DNA from: Octopus sinensis
Lineage: Eukaryota
DNA length: 64,000 bases
Assembly (NCBI RefSeq): GCF_006345805.1
Contig: NC_042998.1
Location: 192,138,001 to 192,202,000, forward strand
Direction of reading: 5' to 3'
Below the pieces are notes generated by a model, which searched no databases, had not been told where the DNA came from, and saw nothing but the letters and a program-made list of their open reading frames with translations. Positions 50,423-62,500 of this stretch are shown here, in pieces; position 1 is the stretch's first letter, and every line of letters starts with the position of its first letter. The position numbers were made by a program, and so were the translations under genes.

Positions 50423-53400
50423 CTAGTCCTGCCGGGTCCTCTCATGCACAGCACACTTCCATATGACTCGGTCTTCAGTCATTTCCTTGGTGAGACCTAA
50501 AGTTCGAAGGTCGTGCTTCACCACCTCGTCCCAGGTTTTCCTGGGTCTACCTCTTCCACAGGTTCCCTCAACTGCTAGGGTGTAGCACTTTTGCACACAA
50601 CTATCTTCAGCCATTCTCGTCACATGACCATACCAGCGCAGCCGTCTCTCTTGCACACCACAACTGACACTTCTTAGGTTCAACTTTTCTCTCAAAGTAC
50701 TTACACTCTGACGATTATGAACACTGACATTACACATCCATCGGAGCATACTGGCTTCATTTCTTGCAAGCTTACGCATATCCTCAGCTGTCACGGCCCA
50801 TGTTTCACTACCATGTAGCATGGCTGTACGTACGCACGCATCATATAGTCTGCCTTTTACTCTTAGCGAGAGGCCTTTTGTCACCAGCAGGGGTAAGAGC
50901 TCTCTAAACTTTGCCCAGGCTATTCTTACTCTAGCAGTTACACTTTCAGCACACCCACCCCCGCTACTGACTTGGTCTCCTAGGTAGCGGAAGCTATCTA
51001 CTACTTCTAGTTTGTCTCCCTGGAACGTGGTAGAAGTTGGTCTCTGCACATTTCCAGTGTTTATTTCTCTGAGCATCTGCCACAGACAAAAACTATTTTC
51101 TTAGTTAGCCTTCCTTTGACATTGCTGCACCTCTTATGTGTCCATAGCTTACACTTGGTGCACCTTATAGAGTTTCTACCTACACCTTTTTTACAGATCG
51201 AGCAGGGCCATCTACCTGAAGTCGTTTGTGGTTGGTCCACCTTCCTACTTATTAGGACTTTGGTTTTGGCTAGGTTGATTCTAAGGCCCTTCGATTCTAA
51301 TCCTTGTTTCCACACCTGAAACTTCTCCTCCAGTTCTGATAGTGACTCAGCAATTAGAGCAAGGTCATCAGCATATAGGAGCTCCCAGGGGCATCCTGTC
51401 TTAAATTCTTCCGTTATTGCCTGGAGGACTATGATAAATAGGAGGGGGCTGAGGACTGAACCTTGGTGGACCCCAACCTCTACCCGGAATTCTTCACTGT
51501 ACTCGTTGCCAACCCTCACCTTACTAGCTGCGTCTCTGTACATGGCTCGCACAGCTCTCACTAACCATTCATCTATCCCTAGTTTCCTCATTGACCACCA
51601 GATAAGGGATCGGGGGACCCTGTCAAAGGCTTTCTCTAAGTCAACAAAAGCCAGGTACAAGGGCTTACCTTTGGCTAGGTATTTCTCCTGCAGCTGTCTT
51701 ACCAGGAATATAGCATCAGTAGTACTTTTCCCTGGCACGAACCCAAACTGCATATCATCTAAGCTAACTCTCTCTCTAATTAACTGGGCTATAACCCTCT
51801 CCGTAACCTTCATTACCTGATCCAACAGCTTGATGCCCCTGTAGTTATTTGTATCTAGGGCATCGCCTTTACCTTTGTAGCAGTTGACTATTATGCTGCT
51901 ACACCAGTCATTGGGTATGATTCCTTCGTGTATCACCTGGTTAACTATACGGGTGACTATGCTATAGCCGACACTACCAGATATTTTGAGCATCTCTGCA
52001 GTAATTCCTGATGGGCCTGGGGCTTTCCCTGTCTTCATGCTTCTAATTGCCTTAGCTACCACGGAACTATCAACTCGGATAGCTGGTCCCTCTGTTGGGT
52101 CAACATTCGGCAGACTCTCTTTATCCCATTCATTTTCCTCATTCAGCAACCTTTCATAGTGGCGTCTCCAAGCTTCTCTCTTTGCATCCTCATTTAGCGC
52201 AAGTGAACCATCCTCCATGCGAACACATTTCTCTCCTACCACATCTCGATTCTCTCTCACACACTGTCTTGCAACACGAAATACCTCAAGTCTTTCATCC
52301 TCACGGCGCAGGACATTGGCAAATTTTCTTTTATCTGCTTCCCCTCTGGCTAGATAGACCTGTCTCCTGGCTCCCTTCTGGCAGTCTGATACACTTCCCT
52401 GCTACCACCGTTCTTCCAGGCCTTCCAAGCCTGTTTCTTTTGTCTAATAGCCCTATCAACAATATTGTTCCACCACCATGTTATTTTGGGTCTTAAGGGA
52501 CTTTGCACCAGCCACAGATCTGGTCAGCGGCTTTCAGCAGGTTGTCCCTCAGAAACGTCCAGTTGTCTTCTACCCCATGTGTAGCTATACCCCCTTCCAC
52601 TTCGTCAAAGGCTTCAAGTAACATATCTCTAAATCTCTGTCCATTCGCAGGGTCTTTAAGCTTCCAGACCCTTCTTCTCCATGTTGGTCGTCTTCTAGTC
52701 GCCCTCTTAGTCCTGATCCTAAAGTCACTAACTACCAGTCTATGTTGTGGGGTGCATTCTTCGCCTGGGAAGGTTTTGGCATTTATAAGCAGCCATCTTT
52801 CCCTTTTTCTGGCGAGGATGTAGTCGATTTGGCTAGTATGCCGGCCCGATCGGTAGGTGACCAGGTGGCTTGTTGGTTTCCTGAAGTTAGTGTTGCAGAT
52901 CATAAGACTATTCGCATCGCAGAACTCCAGCAGCCTGGTTCCCTCCTCGTTGCGGGAACCATAACCGTAGCCTCCATGCACGCCATGGAAGCCCCCAGCA
53001 TGTCGTCCAACATGCCCATTGAAATCACCAGCCACAAAGAGAAGGTCCCTGTCGTTCGTCAATGAGGTGGTCTGCAGTAGGGTGTCATAGAAACTGTCTT
53101 TCTGTCCATCGGGTAGCCTGGCTGAGGGGCATAGGCCGATATAATGGTTGCTAATCTATTATGAAGCACTATTCTAATCTTAAGTATTCTGTCACTTACT
53201 CTGATTACCTCAATTACTCTATCTATCCATTTCTCAGCGATAAGTATACCCACGCCACCAACCCCGTCAGTGTTCCCTGCCCAGAAAATCTTGTACCTGT
53301 GTTCCTTGCCTGTGAGGAACCTAGCAGATCCTCCTCTCCACCTTATTTCTTGCATACAACATACGTCAACACGTCTCCGTTCAAGCATCTCGACTATCTC

Positions 53401-53544
53401 GCCAGACCTACCTTTCAGTGTGCCAGCGTTGAGGGTGCCCACCCTGAGGGGGTGGAAGGTATTGACCCGAGAGGCCCAGGGACGGGGAGCAGTGCCGTCA
53501 TGTACCTGAAAAGAAGAAGAAAACTCGCATTTGGCAGAATTCAT
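50423..53544 (-). CDS. RTE ORF2: AP endonuclease, reverse transcriptase, PHD-type finger; four 1-nt frameshifts (~53120, ~52495, ~52375, ~51068)
   Basis: GTLN.GTL, CCMQEIRW, GDFNGHVG, QIDYIL, QHRLVVSD, KAPGPSG, FVDLEKAFD, QGSVLSP, YADD, FRYLG, RRLRWYGHV, RGRPRKTW. No in-frame stops once the frameshifts are corrected. Confidence 0.9.
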
Positions 53545-53696
53545 AAGCAAAGCAATGAACTTAAGTTCAACCTGTTACACTGCACTAACATGTTTTTGCG
53601 CCGTATGGTCACCACCATATATAGAAGGGGTGGTATTGGTTTAAGGCCTTTAGGTGTTCATGGAAGAAAAGCAAAGGAAGGCAAGGTGAGATAAGG

Positions 53697-53733
53697 ACTT
53701 CCGGTACTGGTGGTGGGGGCGGGCGCACTGCGC
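53697..53733 (-). promoter_or_regulatory. Candidate internal Pol II promoter (ETS, GC box and NRF1-like motifs)
   Basis: ACTTCCGG at 53697-53704, GGGGCGGG at 53716-53723 and GCGCACTGCGC at 53723-53733, ~170 nt upstream of the ORF. Confidence 0.45.
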
Positions 53734-55295
53734 ACTGGGAGAAGACGAGATTTAGGCGGCAGAAAGAAAGACAAGATTTGAGATGGAAAGGTTTGCGGTC
53801 GTGTGCATAAGTTTCTGTGAGTGGAAGTTGGGAAAGATGGGTTAGAGAATTAAGCGACAGAAAGACCAGATTTGAGACGAGATGTTTTTTTGCGGTCGTG
53901 TGAGTAAGTTTTTGTGAGCGAAAGTTTATATGCTTCAGCTAGCATTTGAGACGAAGGATAACGATAATATATGGGGGACACAATAATAAGGCTTGATGGT
54001 GATAATAATACTTGCAAAAACAATGAAAGAGGGACAGGTCGTGAACTTAAATATGACTTAGCTGATATTATTCATCATCCTGCGGTTCGTAGTTCGTGTG
54101 TTATAGCCAAGAGGAAAGCAATAATAAGGGCGGTCAAGCCTCGTGCGTAGGGTTTTATAGGGGAGGGGGAGGAGGTGTGGGTAGAAGCCTGTGGCAGCGA
54201 GTGAAAGTGAAATATATAGAGAGAGAGGGAGAGAGAGAGAGAGAGAGAGACAGCGATAACAGAGGGAGAAAACGACACCGCAGAGAAAGAGAGAGAGAGA
54301 GAGAGAGAGGGAGGGAGGGAGAGAGACATGGTGATAACAGAGGGGCAAAAACGACACCGGGCACTGGGAGAAGACGAGATTTAGGCGGCAGAAAGAAAGA
54401 CAAGATTTGAGATGGAAAGGTTTGCGGTCGTGTGCATAAGTTTCTGTGAGTGGAAGTTGGGAAAGATGGGTTAGAGAATTAAGCGACAGAAAGACCAGAT
54501 TTGAGACGAGATGTTTTTTTGCGGTCGTGTGAGTAAGTTTTTGTGAGCAAAAGTTTATATGCTTCAGCTAGCATTTGAGACGAAGGATAACGATAATATA
54601 TGGGGGACACAATAATAAGGCTTGATGGTGATAATAATACTTGCAAAAACAATGAAAGAGGGCAGGTCGTGAACTTAAATATGACTTAGCTGATATTACA
54701 TCATCCTGCGGTTCGTAGTTCGTGTGTTATAGCCAAGAGGAAAGCAATAATAAGGGCGGTCAAGCCTCGTGCGTAGGGTTTTATAGGGGAGGGGGAGGAG
54801 TGGGGGTAGAAGCCTGTGCAGCGAGTGAAAGTGAAATATAGAGATAGAGAGGGAGAGAGAGAGAGAGAGAGAGAGAGACAGCGATAACAGAGGGAGAAAA
54901 CGACACCGCAGAGAAAGAGAGAGAGAGAGAGAGAGAGGGAGGGAGAGAGACATGGTGATAACAGAGGGGCAAAAACGACACCGGGCACTGGGAGAAGACG
55001 AGATTTAGGCGGCAGAAAGAAAGACAAGATTTGAGATGGAAAGGTTTGCGGTCGTGTGCATAAGTTTCTGTGAGTGGAAGTTGGGAAAGATGGGTTAGAG
55101 AATTAAGCGACAGAAAGACCAGATTTGAGACGAGATTTTTTTTGCGGTCGTGTGAGTAAGTTTTTGTGAGCGAAAGTTTATATGCTTCAGCTAGCATTTG
55201 AGACGAAGGATAACGATAATATATGGGGGACACAATAATAAGGCTTGATGGTGATAATAATACTTGCAAAAACAATGAAAGAGGGACAGGTCGTG

Positions 55296-55298
<3 letters not shown>
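53732..55298 (-). repeat. 2.5 tandem copies of a ~627-bp monomer upstream of the RTE ORF
   Basis: gcactgggagaagacgag occurs at 53732, 54361 and 54985; the last copy is cut at the (TA)n. Confidence 0.95.
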
Positions 55299-55343
<45 letters not shown>

Positions 55344-55394
55344 TATATTATAATATATATATACATATATATACATATATATATATATAATACA

Positions 55395-55450
<56 letters not shown>

Positions 55451-55517
55451 ATATATATACATATATACATATATATATACATATATATATATATATACAT
55501 ATATAATATATATACAA

Positions 55518-55592
<75 letters not shown>

Positions 55593-55647
55593 CATATATT
55601 ATATATATATATTATACATATGTATATATATATATATATATACATAT

Positions 55648-55681
<34 letters not shown>

Positions 55682-55842
55682 CATAAATATATAATAATAA
55701 TATAGGGAATATAAATCCAAATTTACAGGGAAAAAAATAATATTTTATATATACATATAATATATATATATACATATATATAGTATATATACATAATATA
55801 TATTATACATATAATTATAATATATATTATATATATACACAC

Positions 55843-55882
<40 letters not shown>

Positions 55883-55888
55883 CTATAC

Positions 55889-55958
<70 letters not shown>

Positions 55959-55968
55959 TATATATACA

Positions 55969-56021
<53 letters not shown>

Positions 56022-56079
56022 TATATTATAATCACATATATATATATATATATATATATTACATATATATTATATATCC

Positions 56080-56143
<64 letters not shown>

Positions 56144-56212
56144 TATACTATATAATATATATATACATATATATATATACATATAATATATATATATATA
56201 TATATAATATAC

Positions 56213-56289
<77 letters not shown>

Positions 56290-56310
56290 TATATACATAT
56301 ATATATATAC

Positions 56311-56360
<50 letters not shown>

Positions 56361-56385
56361 TATAATATATATATATATATGTATG
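55299..56385. repeat. ~1.1-kb interrupted (TA)n tract
   Basis: Read directly from the sequence. Confidence 0.97.
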
Positions 56386-56802
56386 TATGTATGTATACAA
56401 ACAAACACTCATATGTATTTAATGTATGTAAGTATGCCTTTTATGTGGTGGAGAGAGTATTAGTGTATCTATGTAATTTTAGAATTTGAATGCGTAGAAT
56501 CTTAAAGATTTTATCGGTACTCATTTTTCAAGGAGCATGAAAAAGTATTTCCCTTTTTATTTTTATATTTATTTACTTATTTATTTATTTTTTTTTGTTG
56601 CTGAGTCTTAACAATCTTAAAGTACATATCATTAATACATCTTCTGATCTACACCAATATGTGATTAAGTTCAATCCTCCATAAATATACTGTGTTAAAG
56701 GATTATTTCCTGCGTTGCTGCTCTGTTCCAAACACGTATCCGTTTATCTTTACTTTACGTTTCAACTTTCTCTCTCTCACACGCTCTTTCCTTATCAATC
56801 TC

Positions 56803-56834
<32 letters not shown>

Positions 56835-57499
56835 CCTCTCTTTCATTCATTCTCGTATATACAAATACACACAAATAAATACATAAATGTATACTATAGA
56901 ATATATAATTATAAATAGATGTATATTCTTCGTACCTATCTGTTTATTTATCAGTATCTCTCTCTGTCTCTCTTACTCTCTCTTTCTCTCTCTATATATA
57001 TATTTATATAGATAGATAGATATAGATATACATATATACGTGTGCGTTATGTATACATACATACATACATACACACATACATGCAAGCACATAAACACAA
57101 ACGTATACATGTGTGTGTATGTATGTATATATCTACTCATACGTACATATACACAGAAAGTATTCTATATGTACAGTTTGTCATACATATCAGAACATAT
57201 TCTTATACAGCTACGCACATTATGAACTTGAGTGTATATACACACCAACAAACACTTACTGTACCTGTGCGTGAATATCTTGTGTGAGTATGCATGTGTG
57301 TGTGCGTGTGTGTATTTGTGTTTAATATTGAAATCAGTCTGATTTATTTATAAGTGTAAGAACAGTAAGCATAATACAGTTCTGGATTGGGGCCTTTATA
57401 GGTTCCTTGGCTGCTAGAGCTAAGACATTTGCTGTGCTGATGAGGCCAATGAGTAAGAATCAGGTATGTAGTATTGTTCTGATATCTCTAGACTATAAG

Positions 57500-57575
<76 letters not shown>

Positions 57576-57613
57576 ATAATATATGTATGTATATGTATGT
57601 ATAATATTATATA

Positions 57614-57650
<37 letters not shown>

Positions 57651-57766
57651 TGTAGATATATATATATATATGTATATATATATATGGATATATATATAGT
57701 AATATATATATATATATAGCGTATATATATATATATGTATATATATATTATATATAATATATATAG

Positions 57767-57820
<54 letters not shown>

Positions 57821-57821
57821 G

Positions 57822-57881
<60 letters not shown>

Positions 57882-57902
57882 ATATATATATATATATATT
57901 AT

Positions 57903-57945
<43 letters not shown>
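57500..57945. repeat. Interrupted (TA)n tract
   Basis: Read directly from the sequence. Confidence 0.97.
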
Positions 57946-57946
<1 letters not shown>

Positions 57947-57970
57947 TTCTAATTAATTATTTAATCGTTA

Positions 57971-58007
57971 CAGTTGAAAAGGTCTCAAAATGACCGAACC
58001 GGTACTG
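57971..58007 (+). ncRNA. Minimal type I hammerhead-like motif, U3:A8 core, one A missing from GAAA
   Basis: CAG-UUGAAAA-GGUC UCAAAAU GACC-GAA-CCGG-UA-CUG. Confidence 0.6.
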
Positions 58008-58058
58008 AAATGTTCACTATAAAATTATTTTACATTTCTATTTTTTACTTGTTTTTCA

Positions 58059-58089
<31 letters not shown>

Positions 58090-58183
58090 GTGTGTGTGTG
58101 TATATATATGTTATATATATTATATATATATGTGTGTGTATATATGTATATATATTATATATATATTAATATATATATATATG

Positions 58184-58437
58184 AATAAATAATGGAGTTA
58201 ACGCAGGTGTAATCAAATATTTAAACAATTATTATAGCGTTCTGTCTATCGCTATACAAATCCATCATTTTTGCTAAAAAATGTCTTATTGACAAGTTTC
58301 GCTTTTTTCACTTTCCTGAGGAGAAATTGCATTGTCTATACCATTTATTCTTTGAATATATCAGTGGAATTTTCGAAAACATGTGTCGAAAGTAAAGTAA
58401 ATATATTCGATTACACCTGCGTTAAACTCCATTTATT
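58184..58437. mobile_element. ~254-bp element with ~35-bp inverted ends containing a hammerhead
   Basis: aatggagtt(t)aacgcaggtgtaatc.aatat occurs at 58191-58220 and inverted at 58403-58433. Confidence 0.75.
58311..58392 (+). ncRNA. Type I hammerhead ribozyme with intact core and GUC cleavage site
   Basis: CUUUC-CUGAGGA-[GAAAUUGCAUUG..CAGUGGAAUUUUC]-GAAA-ACAUGUG-UC-GAAAG. Confidence 0.75.
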
Positions 58438-58605
58438 ATCAATATATTCAAAATATTCAACGTAAACACGAAGTTTCTACCTTTATAAACAAGATACAAC
58501 ATCTTTACTTGTGAGATATTTTTGGTACCCTGGTAACTATTTATATTTTTTCCGTGTTAATTGTTAACAGGTAAAAATACACTCAATCATTATTTATTAT
58601 ATATA

Positions 58606-58669
<64 letters not shown>

Positions 58670-58679
58670 CTATGCCGAC

Positions 58680-59560
58680 GACACATAAGTAGTACAAACA
58701 GTCAAGGAACCGTCTGGTGCAAATCTTCTACAGAAAGACCTAGATGCCATACATAAATGGGCTGAGGAAATAACATGCAAGTTAATGCAGGCAAATTCTA
58801 ACCCTCTCCGCTACCAGCTAATTGCTGCACAGAACCCGAAAAAACTATACTTTGGACCAGAAGGAGCGGCAATCCCAGAATCACATACGGTGCGTGATCT
58901 CGGGATTGATACGAGCAACGATGTCCCGTCTTACATGCATATCACCAAGAGATGGCAGTGTGCAGGCGAATGGCCGGATGGATTCTGAGAACCTTCAGAA
59001 CAAGGGACCAGAAAGCTATGCTGGGCCCGTGAAGGACATTCGTCCTAAGCCATCTGGACTGCTGCTGCTTTCAACTGTACTCACACTACAGTCTCAGATT
59101 AATATCGGAACTTGAGGCGCTTCAGCAATGTTACCCAAGGGAGATTGCATCAATGGAGCAGCTGCGCTACTGGGAGAGACTGCAAGAGTTACAACTCTAC
59201 TCCCTGAAGCGAAGACGGGAGAGGTGTGCGGCATGGAAGGTACTGGAAGGGTTGGGGCCAAACTTCGAAATTGAGAACTATATCAAACCTCGAATTGGAT
59301 GTCACTGTCCTGTTCCTAAGGTCCCAGCTGTTCCATCTAGTGTGAGAACCATGTTCTGCAATAGCTTGGGATTCAAGGGTCCACGGCTATTTAAAACCTT
59401 GCCAAAATACCTGAGGGGTCTTCATGGAGTGAGAGTAGATGTTTTCAAGAAAAAAAAAAACTTGACTTGTTACTATCCAAAGTCCCAGATGAACCAATTT
59501 CAAGGGAGGAGACTCAAAAGAGGGCAGAAGTGTCGAACTCCCTTCTTCACCAAAAGCCAA
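58680..59560 (+). mobile_element. CR1-like LINE 3' fragment starting at (TA)n
   Basis: VRDLGI, YWERLQELQLYSLKRRRER, WKVLEGL.PN, NSLGFKGPRLF..LPKYLR, VDVFK. Confidence 0.88.
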
Positions 59561-61178
59561 TCACAGCCTTAGAGCTTAAACGTATAAAAGAAGGAAAGAA
59601 TAAAAGAAAAAAGAATGTGGTTGTGTGTGTGTGTGTAGCAAATATGCATAGTAAATTTTATCGTAAAACACATCTGGGTATTAATAGGGAAGTATACGTG
59701 GGCGCGAGCTTTTTTTTTTCCCCTACGTGTTTTGATGAGTATCTTTGTGCGTATGCTTGATAATATTCATGTAAATATATAAGTAATAATATATGAAGAC
59801 GAATGAATGTTGGCTATTGATTAGCGATAAATAAATAAAAATCTCCAGAAACAACTCTCCTGTGACATGGTATTAGTCTAGTTCTGTTATACAGGAGACA
59901 TTTTGTTCTTCACATTTGCCGATGAGCCGAAATAGACGGAGAGACACCAATCATTTATTCATTGCCAGTAGTCAGCCAGGTGTCTCAAAATTGCACTCTC
60001 AAACATAATCAATTTTAAGGAACTATATATATATAATATACATATTATTGTGTGTGTATTTATACTAATATATATATATGTGTGTGTGTATTGATATGTG
60101 CATATACATGTGTAAAATATGTATATTCTTTAATATATGTGTATATATATATATATTTATATATATATATATATACATGCACATATAGAGTATGTGTGAT
60201 GTGTGTGTATTTGTGTGTGTATGTGTGTGTGTGTTTGTACATATACATAGATGTATGTATGTCCATAGGTATGTATGTATGTTACAGTTCTCCCGTTTTA
60301 TAACTTTGTTAATAGCAAAGAAATGTACAGATTTGCGTTCGATATTTTCTTTATATACACCTTCATGAATATATGTGTGTGTGAGTGTGTGTGTGTGTGT
60401 ATATGTATGTATGCATGTATGTGTGCATGTATGTATTTGTGTATATATATATATTTATATATATTTATATATATATATATATCTGTGGGTATGTATATTT
60501 ATGAATACGTATATATGTATGTGAATGTGTGTGAGTGCGTGCATGGATGTGTGTGTGTGTGTGTGTGTGTGCGTGTGTATGTTTGCGTGTGAACGGTGTG
60601 TATATTTGGTTATTTTTAAATGTGTGTGTGTTTTTAAATAACAAAGAATTATTTCGGAGATTCATAACACAGAAATTGAAATACTGAAAATATTAATAAT
60701 AAATAAACCATGTTCCCCATTATTGACTTTACATTATTATGTGCATATTCATACATGCCTATATATATATATATACACACACAACATCCATATATAAATG
60801 TATGTATATACTGATGTGAAAGTCAAGTCGAGGCCCCCAGCAATAGACATAAAAATTTTACATTATCATGTCTCATACTTTACTTATTGCAGTAGGATCT
60901 TTTCAGTGACACGTGTACTAGACACCTCAGAGTTTCACACATACACACACACACATACGCACACACGCACACACACACGCACGCACCCCACCACACACAC
61001 ACGCGCGCACAGGCCACTATGCCTCCCTCATATAATATTAAATTGCGTACTTTGTTAATTTGGACTTTTTTGTAAAAAACATTTTTTTCTTTGATAATTT
61101 GGTGTTTTATTTTAAATGTTTGTTACCTTTCTAACAGACATTCTCTCTATCTTTTTCTTTTTTATCCTCGGTCCTCAC

Positions 61179-61212
<34 letters not shown>

Positions 61213-61438
61213 TACATATAGACACTCACACGCACATATATACACACACTCACACACACACACATACATATTTATATATTCTAGTGGTAGTCTGGCCATT
61301 AGGGAGGTCCTGTGCATGTGAACCAGCCATCTAGCAATGTGCATGCAACACCTAAAAACTAGGCCACACGCCTTCAGTCACGCATGCATACACACATACA
61401 CTCACACACACTCATACATGTGTGTGTGTGTATGTGTA

Positions 61439-61484
<46 letters not shown>

Positions 61485-61614
61485 TGAAATAAATCTATTT
61501 TTACCAAGGTATTTGAAGTGGATAAATCTATAAAAATACCTTGTTGAATACTGTAGGACTCGAACCCACTTCTTCTGTGAATATGACAGACGACGCTGTG
61601 TGTATATATGTGAG

Positions 61615-61645
<31 letters not shown>

Positions 61646-61794
61646 ACGCGTGTGTGTGAGTGTGTGTGTTTTTGAATATGTATCGTAGATACACAAAGGA
61701 AGAGGGAACGAAAAAGAGGGTGAACCAATGAGAGAGGGCTAGATACTCAATAGGTACATCTTTATACATCACAATATACCCACTAGACATACTA

Positions 61795-62500
61795 CAGGTG
61801 TTCAGGCTAAATTTGACGATTTTTATATCTCCTTTGTTTTTGTTTTTTTATTTTTTGTTTTTCAGGAACACCATTTTTTGTATTAAAGGGCCATCAATGT
61901 TGATGGAAAGAATAAACTTTAAAGTTGGAGTTCAGAAAAAGTTAGCTGACATTGATTGCTACTCAGTTCTATGGGAACAGTGTTAAGGCTGTAAGACATT
62001 ATATCGACAACTGCAACGGAGACTACGAAACCGTAGCTGGCAGCAAGGGACACACCAGGCATTCTGACTGCGTCCACCCACCGGGAATCATTCCTACATC
62101 ATTGAACAGGGTCTCAGTTCAGATGACTATACGAAGTTGTTGGAGACTGTGGGCAATCTCTGGTTCCAGAGGGTTGCTGCTAGAAGGCCGTGCGCAGCAG
62201 CAGGAGTTGCCACATCTCTGAAAAGTGTCAGAAGTGGTTGTCAGAGAATTTTCTACGACTTCACCAGCCCTTATTTCTGGGCTCCTAATTCCCTTGATTG
62301 TAATCACCTGGATTACTATGTGTGGGATGCAGTTGAGAAAGACACCAACACTCTGCCTGCAACACCAAGGCCGAGCTGGTAACCAAGATCAAAGAGATGT
62401 TCGAATATCTTCCTAGGAACGCATGCGCCGGACTCGGGGTCTTTCTGAAGCCATAGTGGAAGCTGAAGGCGACTACTTTGAGTAAACTGTTATCTCCCAG
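61795..62500 (+). mobile_element. Internally deleted mariner-like element, same family as 37736
   Basis: TA|CAGGTGTTCAGGCTAAATTT terminus. FYDFTSPYFWAPNSLDCNHLDYYVWDAVEKDTN. Confidence 0.8.

Larger units (their letters stand above)
47898..55298 (-). mobile_element. Near full-length RTE-clade LINE inserted in (TA)n
   Basis: (GAT)n tail at 47898-47915, 3' UTR array, APE-RT ORF, 5' monomers, and (TA)n on both sides. Inclusion of 53732-55298 in the element is inferred. Confidence 0.85.

Noticed and set aside
53161-53694. 177-aa plus-strand ORF antisense to the RTE endonuclease (also 51431-51820 and 52095-52496)
   Set aside because: Shadow ORFs are expected opposite a GC-richer coding region, and there is no independent signal.
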